Assembly (NCBI GenBank): GCA_947168565.1
Contig: CAMVMM010000004.1
Location: 5,867 to 69,866, forward strand
DNA from: an uncultured Clostridia bacterium
GTDB lineage: Bacteria > Bacillota > Clostridia > Christensenellales > CAG-138
Direction of reading: 5' to 3'
Length of the DNA stretch: 64,000 bases
In this document: in pieces, positions 1 to 9,039 of the stretch
Layout of the letters: each line of letters starts with the position of its first letter
Position numbering within the stretch: the stretch's first letter is position 1
The notes under the pieces: model-generated
Told to the model about the DNA's origin: nothing
Databases searched by the model: none
Seen by the model: the letters and a program-made list of their open reading frames with translations, nothing else
Made by a program: the position numbers and the translations under genes

Positions 1-1393
1 GATAATAGGCAAGGCGGATTACCGCCGGAGCCTTGTGAGCATGCAGTCCGCCAAGAATAACTGCGCGTATCTCTACGTGAGCGCGGGGGAGGGCGAATCC
101 ACCTCGGATATGGTATTCTCCGGGCATTGTCTTTGCTATGAAAACGGCACTCTGCTTGCGGAAAACAAGCCCTTTGACGAGCCGGGCAGGCTGATGATAA
201 CCGAGATAGACCTGGGCAGGCTGCTTTTTGAGCGCAGGAGGGTAAACAGCTTTAAGTCAAGCGTTGACGACGAGCACGTGTATCTTATCGACTGCGGCTT
301 TGGCGAGGAGGATGAAAGCGGCGACATCTGGCCCGATCCGGAGCAGCTTCCCGTAACGAAGCTCACAAGGCATTTTGACCGCAACCCCTTCGTGCCGAAG
401 GATGCGGACGCAATGAACGCCAGGGCAAACGATATTCTGATGATCCAGGCGATGGGCCTAAAGCGCAGGATGGAGCAGATAGGCGCGAAAACGGCCGTGC
501 TGGGCATTTCCGGCGGGCTTGATTCAAGCCTTGCGCTGCTCGTGTGCGCCAAGGCCTGCGATCTTATGGGGCTGGACAGAAAGGCGATCTACGCCATCAC
601 CATGCCCTGCTTCGGCACCACGGCCCGCACAAAAAACAATGCGATCTCCCTGTGCGAAGCGCTCGGCACCACCATAAAAACCATAGATATAACCGATGCC
701 GTGCGGCAGCATTTCAAGGATATAGCGCATGACGAATCGAATCATAACGTGGTGTATGAAAATGCGCAGGCGCGAATGCGAACGCTTATTCTGATGGACG
801 AAGCGAACGCCACGAACGGGCTTGTGATTGGCACGGGCGACCTTTCGGAGCTTGCGCTCGGCTGGGCGACCTATAACGGCGACCACATGAGCATGTATGC
901 CGTGAATTCGGGCGTGCCGAAAACGCTTCTGAAATACCTTGTGCGCTACTATGCCGATACCTGCGGCAGCGAAAAGGTGAAGGAGGTGCTCTACGGCGTG
1001 CTGGGAACGCCCATTTCGCCGGAGCTTCTGCCGCCGGATGAAAGCGGCAATATCGCGCAGATAACCGAGGACCTTGTGGGGCCCTACGAGCTGCACGATT
1101 TCTTCCTTTACTACGTTCTGCGCTGGGGCTATCAGCCCAAAAAGCTCTACCGCGTGGCAAAGGAGGCGTTCCGCGGCAGCGAATTTACGGATGAGATAAT
1201 CCTCAAATGGCTTCGCAATTTTTACCGCCGCTTCTTCACGCAACAGTTCAAGCGCAACTGCCTGCCGGACGGCCCGAAGGTCGGCTCCGTGTGCCTCTCT
1301 CCGCGCGGGGACTGGCGCATGCCGTCGGACGCAAGCTATCGGATATGGATGGACGAGATAGACGAGCTGAAGCCCATAAGCATACTGGAGTAA
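1..1393 (+). CDS. nadE: Glutamine-dependent NAD+ synthetase, 5' partial (frame open to window start)
   Basis: The frame has no stop upstream of the GTG at 35. It carries the SGGLDSS PP-loop motif and a NAD synthase C-terminal domain preceded by the tail of a CN-hydrolase domain. Confidence 0.9.
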   Translation, partial: IIGKADYRRSLVSMQSAKNNCAYLYVSAGEGESTSDMVFSGHCLCYENGTLLAENKPFDEPGRLMITEIDLGRLLFERRRVNSFKSSVDDEHVYLIDCGFGEEDESGDIWPDPEQLPVTKLTRHFDRNPFVPKDADAMNARANDILMIQAMGLKRRMEQIGAKTAVLGISGGLDSSLALLVCAKACDLMGLDRKAIYAITMPCFGTTARTKNNAISLCEALGTTIKTIDITDAVRQHFKDIAHDESNHNVVYENAQARMRTLILMDEANATNGLVIGTGDLSELALGWATYNGDHMSMYAVNSGVPKTLLKYLVRYYADTCGSEKVKEVLYGVLGTPISPELLPPDESGNIAQITEDLVGPYELHDFFLYYVLRWGYQPKKLYRVAKEAFRGSEFTDEIILKWLRNFYRRFFTQQFKRNCLPDGPKVGSVCLSPRGDWRMPSDASYRIWMDEIDELKPISILE

Positions 1394-1473
1394 AGGAAAA
1401 AGCAAGAAAAGCTTTAATAATAAACAGGATAAAAGAAAAAGCATAAAAGTATAAAAGTTTAGCCGAAAACGAA

Positions 1474-3117
1474 ATGTCTTACAACGCGCTTTACAGAAAA
1501 TATCGCCCCTCGCGCTTTTCGGAGGTGGTGGGGCAGGAGCATATCACCGAGGTGCTGAAGAATCAGATACGCTCGGGCAGGTTCGCGCACGCCTATCTTT
1601 TCAGCGGCTCAAGGGGCACGGGCAAGACCACCACCGCCAGGATCCTTGCGCGCGCGATAAACTGCCTTGACCCGCAGGACGGCGAGCCCTGCTATAAATG
1701 CGAGGCCTGCCTGAAAAGGTTTTCCGAAAGCATAGATATAGTGGAGATGGACGCGGCGTCCAACTCCGGCGTGGATCAAATGCGCTCCGTGATAGAAAAA
1801 GCGGAGTTTGCGCCAATAAATCTTAAAACGAAGATCTATATCATCGACGAAGCGCACATGCTCTCGCGCAGCGCGGAAAACGCGCTTTTGAAAACGCTTG
1901 AGGAGCCGCCGGAGCACGTGGTGTTCATCCTTGCCACCACGGAGCCGCAGGCGCTTGCGCCAACCATACTTTCGCGCTGCCAAAGATACGAGTTCAAGCG
2001 GCTTTCAATAGAAAATCTTGCAAATACAACAAGAAAAATACTGAAGGACGCGGGAGCCGAGATTGAGGACGGCGCGCTGATGGCGATCTGCCGCGCTGCG
2101 GAGGGCGGTATGCGCGACTGCCTGAGCATTGCCGATCAGTGCCTCTCGCTCTGCGGCGCAAGCATCACTGAGGCGGACGCGCTTTCGGTGCTTGGCAGCG
2201 TGAATTCGGACGTGCTGTTTGATTTTGCGCAAAAGCTTATTTCCGGCGATCAGGCGGGGATAATGCTTGGGATCGACCGCGTGGTGTCCGGCGGGCGCGA
2301 TCTTTCCGTTTTCATTCAGGACGTGTCAACGCATTTCCGCTCGCTGCTGTTTGCAAAGGTGCTTGGGGAATGCGCGGATATCATCGACTGCACAAGGGAA
2401 ATGATGCAGCGCTATATCGATCAGGCGGAAAAAACGGGCAAGGCGAGGCTTGAGCGCACGCTTTCGGCGCTGATGAAGCTTCAAAAGGAGCTGAAATACG
2501 CGATAATGCCGCGCGTGCTGCTTGAAAGCGCCCTGCTTGCCGTGTGCCATCCCGAGGAGAGCGCAAGCGCCCTGGACCTTGCGGACAGGCTTGAAGCGCT
2601 TGAGCAAAAGCTCAAAAACGGCAGCTTTGTGCAGGCTTCCGATGCCGGAAAGGCCGAACAGGCGGGGCAGAGCGGGGAAGGCGAAAACGGCGGAAGCGGC
2701 GAAAGCGGCAAAAACGGCGGAACGGGCGAAAAGCCCGAAAAATCGGAGAAGGGCGAGAGCGTGCCGAGCGTGGTGCCGCCAAGCTTTGAAATACCCGCGC
2801 CATCGCAAAAGGCAAACGAGCTTTTCGGCAGCTTCATAGCCTGCGCCATGCAGAACGACGTGTTTTTGGGCGTTCAGATCCAGACCTCGAGCGGGCATTG
2901 GTGCGATGAGGACACGCTTTATATTTGTTTTGACAAATCAAAGGCTTTGGCTTATAATACCGTAGTAAAGCCGGAGATGAAGGCAAAGCTTCACGGCATC
3001 GCCGCAATGAGCATAGCGCCCTATGGCGTTGAGGTCATTTTCAAGGAGGGCAGCGTGACGGTGAATCCGGAGCTGCCGAGCGAGCTGTTTGGAGTTAAGA
3101 TCACACAGGAGGAATAG
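1474..3117 (+). CDS. dnaX: DNA polymerase III subunit gamma/tau
   Basis: N-terminus YRKYRPSRFSEVVGQEH, Walker A GSRGTGKTT, a zinc-module CxxC pair and a low-complexity tau-like linker. Confidence 0.9.
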   Translation: MSYNALYRKYRPSRFSEVVGQEHITEVLKNQIRSGRFAHAYLFSGSRGTGKTTTARILARAINCLDPQDGEPCYKCEACLKRFSESIDIVEMDAASNSGVDQMRSVIEKAEFAPINLKTKIYIIDEAHMLSRSAENALLKTLEEPPEHVVFILATTEPQALAPTILSRCQRYEFKRLSIENLANTTRKILKDAGAEIEDGALMAICRAAEGGMRDCLSIADQCLSLCGASITEADALSVLGSVNSDVLFDFAQKLISGDQAGIMLGIDRVVSGGRDLSVFIQDVSTHFRSLLFAKVLGECADIIDCTREMMQRYIDQAEKTGKARLERTLSALMKLQKELKYAIMPRVLLESALLAVCHPEESASALDLADRLEALEQKLKNGSFVQASDAGKAEQAGQSGEGENGGSGESGKNGGTGEKPEKSEKGESVPSVVPPSFEIPAPSQKANELFGSFIACAMQNDVFLGVQIQTSSGHWCDEDTLYICFDKSKALAYNTVVKPEMKAKLHGIAAMSIAPYGVEVIFKEGSVTVNPELPSELFGVKITQEE

Positions 3118-3123
3118 TTTAGT

Positions 3124-4380
3124 ATGCAGATTCAGGCGCCGAAGGGCACGAAGGACGTGCTGCCGCAGGAAAGCTATAAATGGCAGTTTGTGGAATCAAA
3201 AATCAGGGAGCTGTGCCGTCTTTACGGCATATATGAGATCAGAACGCCCGTGATCGAGCATACGGAGCTTTTTGCGCGCGGCGTGGGCGACACCACCGAC
3301 ATCGTGCAGAAGGAAATGTATACCTTCACCGATAAGGGCGACCGCTCCATCACCCTCAAGCCGGAGGGCACGGCGGGCGTTGTGCGCGCCTTCCTTGAAA
3401 ACCGCCTTTTCAACGAGCCAATGCCGCAGAAGATGTTTTACCTCAATTCGCCCGTTTTCCGCTATGAAAAGCCGCAGGCGGGCAGGCTGAGGGAGCATCA
3501 CCAGTTCGGCATAGAGCTCTTCGGCTCGCCCTCGTATGAGGCGGATGCGGAGATAATGCTGCTTGCGCTCGAGCTTTTAAAGCAGCTTGGGCTTTCCGAT
3601 CTGGCGCTGCACATAAATTCCATCGGCTGCAAAAAATGCCGCAGGCAGTATAATGAGGCGCTGCGGGCGTATCTTGACGACCATATCGAGGAAATGTGCT
3701 CCACCTGCAAATCGAGGATCGACCGCAACCCGATGCGCATCATCGACTGCAAGGAGGAAAAATGCAGACAGATCTGCAAGGGTGCGCCCCGCACGATAGA
3801 TTTTCTTTGCGACGACTGCAAGGCGCATTTTGAAGGCCTCAAGCGCAATCTCGATTTCTGCGGCGTGAGCTACGTTGTGGACACGGATATTGTGCGCGGA
3901 CTCGATTATTACACAGGCACCGTGTTTGAGATAGTTTCAAATAACGTTGGCGCGCAGGGCACGGTGTGCGGCGGCGGCAGGTATAACGACCTTGTGGAGG
4001 AGCTTGGCGGACAGCCGCTCCCCGCCGTGGGCTTCGGGCTTGGGCTTGAGCGCCTGCTGCTTGTGATGGAAAACACGAGGGCGATCTTCCCGGACGCGCC
4101 GAAGGTAAAGGTGTATTTCGCGGCAACGGGCGAAAGGCCGAGGCTGCTTGCGTTCAGCCTTGTGCAGCAGCTCCGCGAAAAGGGCATTCCGGCGGAGTTT
4201 GACCACATGGACAGGAGCATCAAGGCGCAGTTCAAGTATGCCAATAAGCTTGGCGCACAGTACACCGTGGTGATAGGCGACGACGAGCTGAACGACGGCT
4301 CCGCCAATATCAAGAATATGGGCGACGGCATCGAAACCATGGTGCAGCTCGACGACATAGTTGATTTTTTCACGGAATAG
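3124..4380 (+). CDS. hisS: Histidine--tRNA ligase
   Basis: Class II aaRS HisRS motifs (KGTKD, FRYEKPQAGRLREHHQFG, GGGRYD) and a C-terminal anticodon-binding domain. Confidence 0.95.
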   Translation: MQIQAPKGTKDVLPQESYKWQFVESKIRELCRLYGIYEIRTPVIEHTELFARGVGDTTDIVQKEMYTFTDKGDRSITLKPEGTAGVVRAFLENRLFNEPMPQKMFYLNSPVFRYEKPQAGRLREHHQFGIELFGSPSYEADAEIMLLALELLKQLGLSDLALHINSIGCKKCRRQYNEALRAYLDDHIEEMCSTCKSRIDRNPMRIIDCKEEKCRQICKGAPRTIDFLCDDCKAHFEGLKRNLDFCGVSYVVDTDIVRGLDYYTGTVFEIVSNNVGAQGTVCGGGRYNDLVEELGGQPLPAVGFGLGLERLLLVMENTRAIFPDAPKVKVYFAATGERPRLLAFSLVQQLREKGIPAEFDHMDRSIKAQFKYANKLGAQYTVVIGDDELNDGSANIKNMGDGIETMVQLDDIVDFFTE

Positions 4381-4442
4381 CTTCAAAAAACGGTCATTAA
4401 GCCCCGCTTGATCGATTTTTAACGGGGCGAAGCGAGAAAAAA

Positions 4443-4871
4443 ATGGAAAGCAGGCTCAGCTCTATCGGCACAGTACACGAAATAAACGGAGGCATGGCAA
4501 AGGTCGTGTTCACGCGCTCAAAGGCGTGCGGCGACTGCCATGCCTGCGCCTCGTTTGGCGACGGCAAGGCCGTGATCGAGCTAAAAAACACCGTCGGCGC
4601 GAAGGTGGGGGACAGAGTGGTGATAGAGCTGCACCCGGGCGGCGTTTTCAAGGCAAGCCTCATCCTTTACGGCATTCCGCTTATCGCGCTGCTTGCGGGC
4701 GTGCTGCTCGGAAGCAGGATAAGCGACCTTGCAGGCGCGCTCATCGGCATTGGCGCCGCGGCTGCATCGCTTGTTTTGATACGGTTTTTGGATAAAAAAT
4801 TGAAAAAGCAAAGCTGCTTCGAGCCGGAGATGAAAAGCATAGCAAGCTTCGATTCAGGCGGCGAAAGCTGA
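4443..4871 (+). CDS. RseC/MucC (SoxR-reducing system) family membrane protein
   Basis: N-terminal Cys-containing beta domain (ACGDCHAC) followed by two TM helices, typical of the RseC family. Confidence 0.7.
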   Translation: MESRLSSIGTVHEINGGMAKVVFTRSKACGDCHACASFGDGKAVIELKNTVGAKVGDRVVIELHPGGVFKASLILYGIPLIALLAGVLLGSRISDLAGALIGIGAAAASLVLIRFLDKKLKKQSCFEPEMKSIASFDSGGES

Positions 4872-4877
4872 ACCCCT

Positions 4878-4900
4878 GCGCGCTTATTGCGCGCTTTTTT
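4878..4900 (+). terminator. Intrinsic terminator
   Basis: GCGCGC-TTATT-GCGCGC hairpin followed by TTTTTT, immediately after the stop at 4871. Confidence 0.7.
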
Positions 4901-5045
4901 AGTATAAAAGCTGTCGTTATTTTACTTAAATCGCGCTCAGGCAGTTGCAAAACCGCGTTTTTTGAAGTAAAATATACTTATTGATTCCGGTGCGCCGCAG
5001 AGGGCATGAGCCTTGTGCAGATCGGCGGACCCGCGCGGAGGAAAT

Positions 5046-5477
5046 ATGAATAGAAAAATTCTGAGAAAACTTGCGTTTGTGCTTACCCTGGCGCTTGCAG
5101 CGGCGCTGCTTTTCGGCGCGCTTGCCTGCGAAACCGCGCCCAAGGATATAACCTTTAAAAACGAGCTTTCCGTGCCGGTAAATATCTATTTCAGCCGGGC
5201 GGACGACGACGAGTGGAGCGACAGCCCCACGGCGGTGAACGTGCGGAGCGGATCGAGCGTTGGCATCGGCTTTTCGCAGATAGACAGCGAGAGCGGCAAA
5301 AGATTCGACATAGGCGCGATAGACGGAGCCTCCATGAATTACGACGTGCATGACACCGTGCTTTACACGGGCGATTTGGTCGTGCTCTCGGGCAATACCC
5401 AAAGCGCCGTTTACACCATCACCCGCGCGGACGGCACCGTGACGGAGCTCAGCGCATATATCCATCCGAACGACTGA
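5046..5477 (+). CDS. Small lipoprotein, unknown function
   Basis: GGAGGA RBS before the ATG at 5046. Signal peptide with lipobox LFGALAC. Shares a roughly 110-aa domain with the N-terminus of the 6104-8068 protein. Confidence 0.6.
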   Translation: MNRKILRKLAFVLTLALAAALLFGALACETAPKDITFKNELSVPVNIYFSRADDDEWSDSPTAVNVRSGSSVGIGFSQIDSESGKRFDIGAIDGASMNYDVHDTVLYTGDLVVLSGNTQSAVYTITRADGTVTELSAYIHPND

Positions 5478-5578
5478 CGGATTCGGCGTTTCCGCGCGTC
5501 GGTTACGCTGACCGGTTACGCTCATCGGTTAATATGGCTTCGACAATGCGCAAAGGCGCTGCGATTATTTGAGGAAAA

Positions 5579-6088
5579 ATGAAAAAAACTATATTTACCA
5601 AGCTTTTTATACTGCTTTTTGCCGCCGCGATCGCGCTTTTTGCCGCCGCCTGCTCGTGCGGCAAGGAGGGGGGCAGCACTCCCGCGCCGCAGATCTCGGG
5701 CGGTGAGCAGGAGTGGAACGGCATCACCGTGTTTGTGCCGGACGGAATGGAGCTTGCCCCAAGCGCGCTCGATTCATCCGATCCGAACACCGTTTACGTG
5801 CAGAGCAAAAACGATCAGCTCAGCTATTTTCTTATAAATCTGACCGATGAAAGCTCCGCGAGGGCGAGCGTTAAGACCAAGCTGGAGCTGAATTCCGGTG
5901 AGGAGGTCAGCTTCAGCGAGGGCGGCGTGGAATGGACGGGCGTAAAATTCAAATACGCCGGTCTTGTGGATAATTTTGAGGTGTACGCGAACGTGAACGG
6001 CAAAACCGTGAGCGTTTCCGGCTCAAGATTCTCCTGCGATTCGGCTGAGGCGCGGAAGGTGCTTTCATCGATCAAGGTTGCCGAATGA
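5579..6088 (+). CDS. Lipoprotein, unknown function
   Basis: GAGGA RBS and a signal peptide with lipobox FAAAC. Confidence 0.6.
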   Translation: MKKTIFTKLFILLFAAAIALFAAACSCGKEGGSTPAPQISGGEQEWNGITVFVPDGMELAPSALDSSDPNTVYVQSKNDQLSYFLINLTDESSARASVKTKLELNSGEEVSFSEGGVEWTGVKFKYAGLVDNFEVYANVNGKTVSVSGSRFSCDSAEARKVLSSIKVAE

Positions 6089-6103
6089 GCCGCCTTTGAG
6101 GGA

Positions 6104-8068
6104 ATGATTATGGTTAAAAACGGAGCTTTCAACAGAATTATTGCCGCGCTGCTGCTTTTGGCGCTGCTTCTTCCGCTGCTGCTTTCCTGCGGCCGTGAGC
6201 CGATGGTGGAGCCCTTCACAAGGCCGCCGGATTCCGCCTTCCCGCAGGACACCTCCGCCGTTCAAAGCGCCGGCCCAAAGAGCACGGTCGGCCCCGCCGC
6301 CTCTCTCACCGTTAAAAACGAGCTTCAGGCGCTTATCGCGCAGCTTTACATCAGCCCCGCCGAGGCCTCCAACTGGGGAAATGCGGCCGTGACCGAGCTT
6401 GGTGCGGGCGAGGAGAGGCGCATCGACTTCGCTGCTTTTTCCGCTGTTCCCGGCGAAAAATACGATATCGGCACCATCGACGAAAACGGCGTGAATTACG
6501 ATTGCTTTGACGTGGTGCTGCTGGACGGCGATACTATAAGCCTTTCCGGAAACGCGGAAAAGGCGGAGTTCAGGCTTGAAAGGGCGGGCGGAGCGGTTGA
6601 AACGCTCGACGCAAAGGTTTATAATGACGAGCCGAGCGAAGTGAAGCGCGTTTCGTTCATCACTCCCTACGTTTCGCGCAGCTCCGATTATTCGGTGGAC
6701 GGCGAAACGGGCGAGGTTTACGCGGATTATTCCTTTACCGAGCTGAAGCTGAACAGCAAGGACGCGGGGCGTTTCCCGCTGCTTGAAAAAACGCTTGAAG
6801 CGGAGAATAAAAGGCGCTCCGAGACCTCCCGCGAGGCGTATGCCGAGTTTGCTGAAAACGCGCTCAAGCTTCGCCGGGATGAGCCCTCGCAGCCCCTGCG
6901 CACTGCTGCATTTTCGGATGAGGTTTTCATAAAGCGAACCGATGAAAAGCTTTTGAGCATACTCCTTGTTCAGTCAAAAAGCGTGAACGGCGTGGAGGAG
7001 CTCACGTATTCCTCTGCGAATTTCGACCCCGAAACGGGCGCGCTTCTGATGCTTTCGGACGCGTTGAAGGAGACGCAAAATCTTCAAGCCATCATTTATG
7101 ACGAGCTTGTGAAGGCCTACGGCGGCTTCCCCTTCGATGACGAGCTGGAGCTTGCCGGCGAATTCAGCCGACCCTCGGAAAAGCTTATCTGGAGCGTGGA
7201 GCCGAAGGGGCTTGGCATCATGCTGAACGGCGCGGCGTTCGAGGCGGAGAATAAGTATTACGAGATCTTCATTCCTTTTGAGGATCATCCGGAGCTTTTG
7301 GCGGAAAAATACAGGCCCGCAAACGAAAACTACGCGCTCACCATACCGTGCGGAAGGGCTGTTCACACGATGGCGGAGGGAAAGCGCGCTTCGGTTGAGG
7401 TGGACTTTGCCGAGGGCGAGGCCGATGAGCCTGCCGTGCTTCGCATAGTATACGGCGGCGCGGAGTACAGCGAGGAGCTGAGCGGCGTTTACGATGCGGA
7501 GGCAAGCCTTGCGCATATCGGCGGCAGGGAGCTGCTGTATCTTGATATGCTTTCCGACAACGACAACCGCTTCCTGCTTGTGTTTTCGCTTGAGGACGGC
7601 GGAATAATTCCGCTCGGCACTTTCCCCGGCTCGTGGAGCTATGCCTATTCCGCAAACGCCGCGGGCTCCTTCAGCAAGCTGATAATGCCGATGGCGGATC
7701 CCGCAAGCTTCAGCCTTTATACCACCACGGAGCTGCTTGGCACCGTGGACGCGAGCAAGACCTATTCCATAGGCGAAAACGGAATGCCGGAAACCGAGGA
7801 TACGTATTTCAACGTGATCCGCCCGGACGTGGAGTTCACGCTGAAAACCCCGCTGGAGCTTCCCCTTGTGTCCGAGACGGGCGAGGCGGAGGAAGGCACC
7901 GCCATGCTTGAGGCGGGGAGCACGCTCGTTTATTTCAGAACGGACGGCGAAAAAACTGCCGATCTTGCGCTGGAGGACGGCAGATTTGTGCGCATTACGG
8001 TGGAAAACCACCTCATAAACGGCGCCTCGGTGGACGAGGTGCTTGACGGAGTGGTGTATTCCGGCTGA
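6104..8068 (+). CDS. Large lipoprotein, unknown function (possible DUF4163/DUF3298-like middle region)
   Basis: Signal peptide with lipobox LLLSC. The ATG at 6110 has better RBS spacing than 6104. The N-terminal domain is paralogous to the 5046-5477 protein. Confidence 0.65.
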   Translation: MIMVKNGAFNRIIAALLLLALLLPLLLSCGREPMVEPFTRPPDSAFPQDTSAVQSAGPKSTVGPAASLTVKNELQALIAQLYISPAEASNWGNAAVTELGAGEERRIDFAAFSAVPGEKYDIGTIDENGVNYDCFDVVLLDGDTISLSGNAEKAEFRLERAGGAVETLDAKVYNDEPSEVKRVSFITPYVSRSSDYSVDGETGEVYADYSFTELKLNSKDAGRFPLLEKTLEAENKRRSETSREAYAEFAENALKLRRDEPSQPLRTAAFSDEVFIKRTDEKLLSILLVQSKSVNGVEELTYSSANFDPETGALLMLSDALKETQNLQAIIYDELVKAYGGFPFDDELELAGEFSRPSEKLIWSVEPKGLGIMLNGAAFEAENKYYEIFIPFEDHPELLAEKYRPANENYALTIPCGRAVHTMAEGKRASVEVDFAEGEADEPAVLRIVYGGAEYSEELSGVYDAEASLAHIGGRELLYLDMLSDNDNRFLLVFSLEDGGIIPLGTFPGSWSYAYSANAAGSFSKLIMPMADPASFSLYTTTELLGTVDASKTYSIGENGMPETEDTYFNVIRPDVEFTLKTPLELPLVSETGEAEEGTAMLEAGSTLVYFRTDGEKTADLALEDGRFVRITVENHLINGASVDEVLDGVVYSG

Positions 8069-8166
8069 CGGGGAATCACCGGTGACGCGCCAATATAAAT
8101 GCTTCAACACGGCGAAAGCCGAAGAAACTATAACCAATCAATTTGCAATATGCAGAAGGAGGAAAA

Positions 8167-8730
8167 ATGAGCATTTTCGACGATTTGAAAAACAAAGTCG
8201 GCGGCATGGTAAAGGATGCCGCGAAGGGGCTTGGCGATAAGAAAAAGGACGTGGTTTTCCCTAAGCTTCCCGATACCTACGAGGAGTTTATCGCTCTGCC
8301 GCAGGCTTCGCTTGCCGATCCATTCGACACTGCGGCGCTGACGGTGCTTGCGTTTTGCTATTATCCCTCGGACAGCGCGCTTTCGCTCAGGATGCTGGAT
8401 TATCTGCGCGGCCCGCGCCCGCTCAGCGCGATGGATAAGCAGTTTATTGCGGACAGATTCCGCGATAAGGACTATGTGCCGCGCTCCTATTTCAACGGCG
8501 CCACCTATAAAAACGATTACGTTCCGGCGGAGCCGTACAGCGTGAGCCCGTTCACCAATCCACATTCGGAGATCCAGGAGAATATGCTCCGGCTTTGGCT
8601 CAATTCCGGCGGTGCGGACAGCCCGCGCTACGTGGACGTGCGCCTTGCAAAGGACGGGAAATGGTATCTTTGGGAGCAGTACATCCTTGCGGGCATCAGG
8701 GAGCCGGAGAGCAGCAATCCATGGGCATAA
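8167..8730 (+). CDS. Hypothetical protein
   Basis: AGGAGG RBS upstream of the ATG at 8167 and a coding-like composition. I do not recognise a family. Confidence 0.5.
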   Translation: MSIFDDLKNKVGGMVKDAAKGLGDKKKDVVFPKLPDTYEEFIALPQASLADPFDTAALTVLAFCYYPSDSALSLRMLDYLRGPRPLSAMDKQFIADRFRDKDYVPRSYFNGATYKNDYVPAEPYSVSPFTNPHSEIQENMLRLWLNSGGADSPRYVDVRLAKDGKWYLWEQYILAGIREPESSNPWA

Positions 8731-8914
8731 GCTATGCGCCCTGCTGCGCCGCGGCAGGCCGAAGTAAAAAACCTGTTGCGGCGCAATCTTCTGCTGTAAA
8801 CTATAATTTAATAATTACTTTGGGAACGGCGGTTTCGCTTGGGAGGGGAAAGGTTCCTTTCTTTGATGCGGCCGTTTTTTGTGTGTAAAATTTGTGACAA
8901 ATTTCGCAACCTTA

Positions 8915-8943
8915 TTGCTTTTTTGATATACAGGGGTTATAAT
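8915..8943 (+). promoter_or_regulatory. Candidate sigma-A promoter (TTGCTT-17-TATAAT)
   Basis: Hexamers at 8915-8920 and 8938-8943 with a 17-nt spacer, about 95 nt upstream of the 9040 start. Confidence 0.45.
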
Positions 8944-9039
8944 TTTGATGTAAACGTATGCGCCGAAGCTGCGGGTCACGGTTGAATTGGCCCGAAAAGG
9001 CGCTGCGGATTCTCTTTAAAGCTCAAGGAGGTATTTTAA

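Noticed and set aside
3118-3123. Expected T-box leader upstream of hisS.
   Set aside because: hisS starts 6 nt after the dnaX stop, so there is no room for a leader. It is apparently co-transcribed with dnaX.
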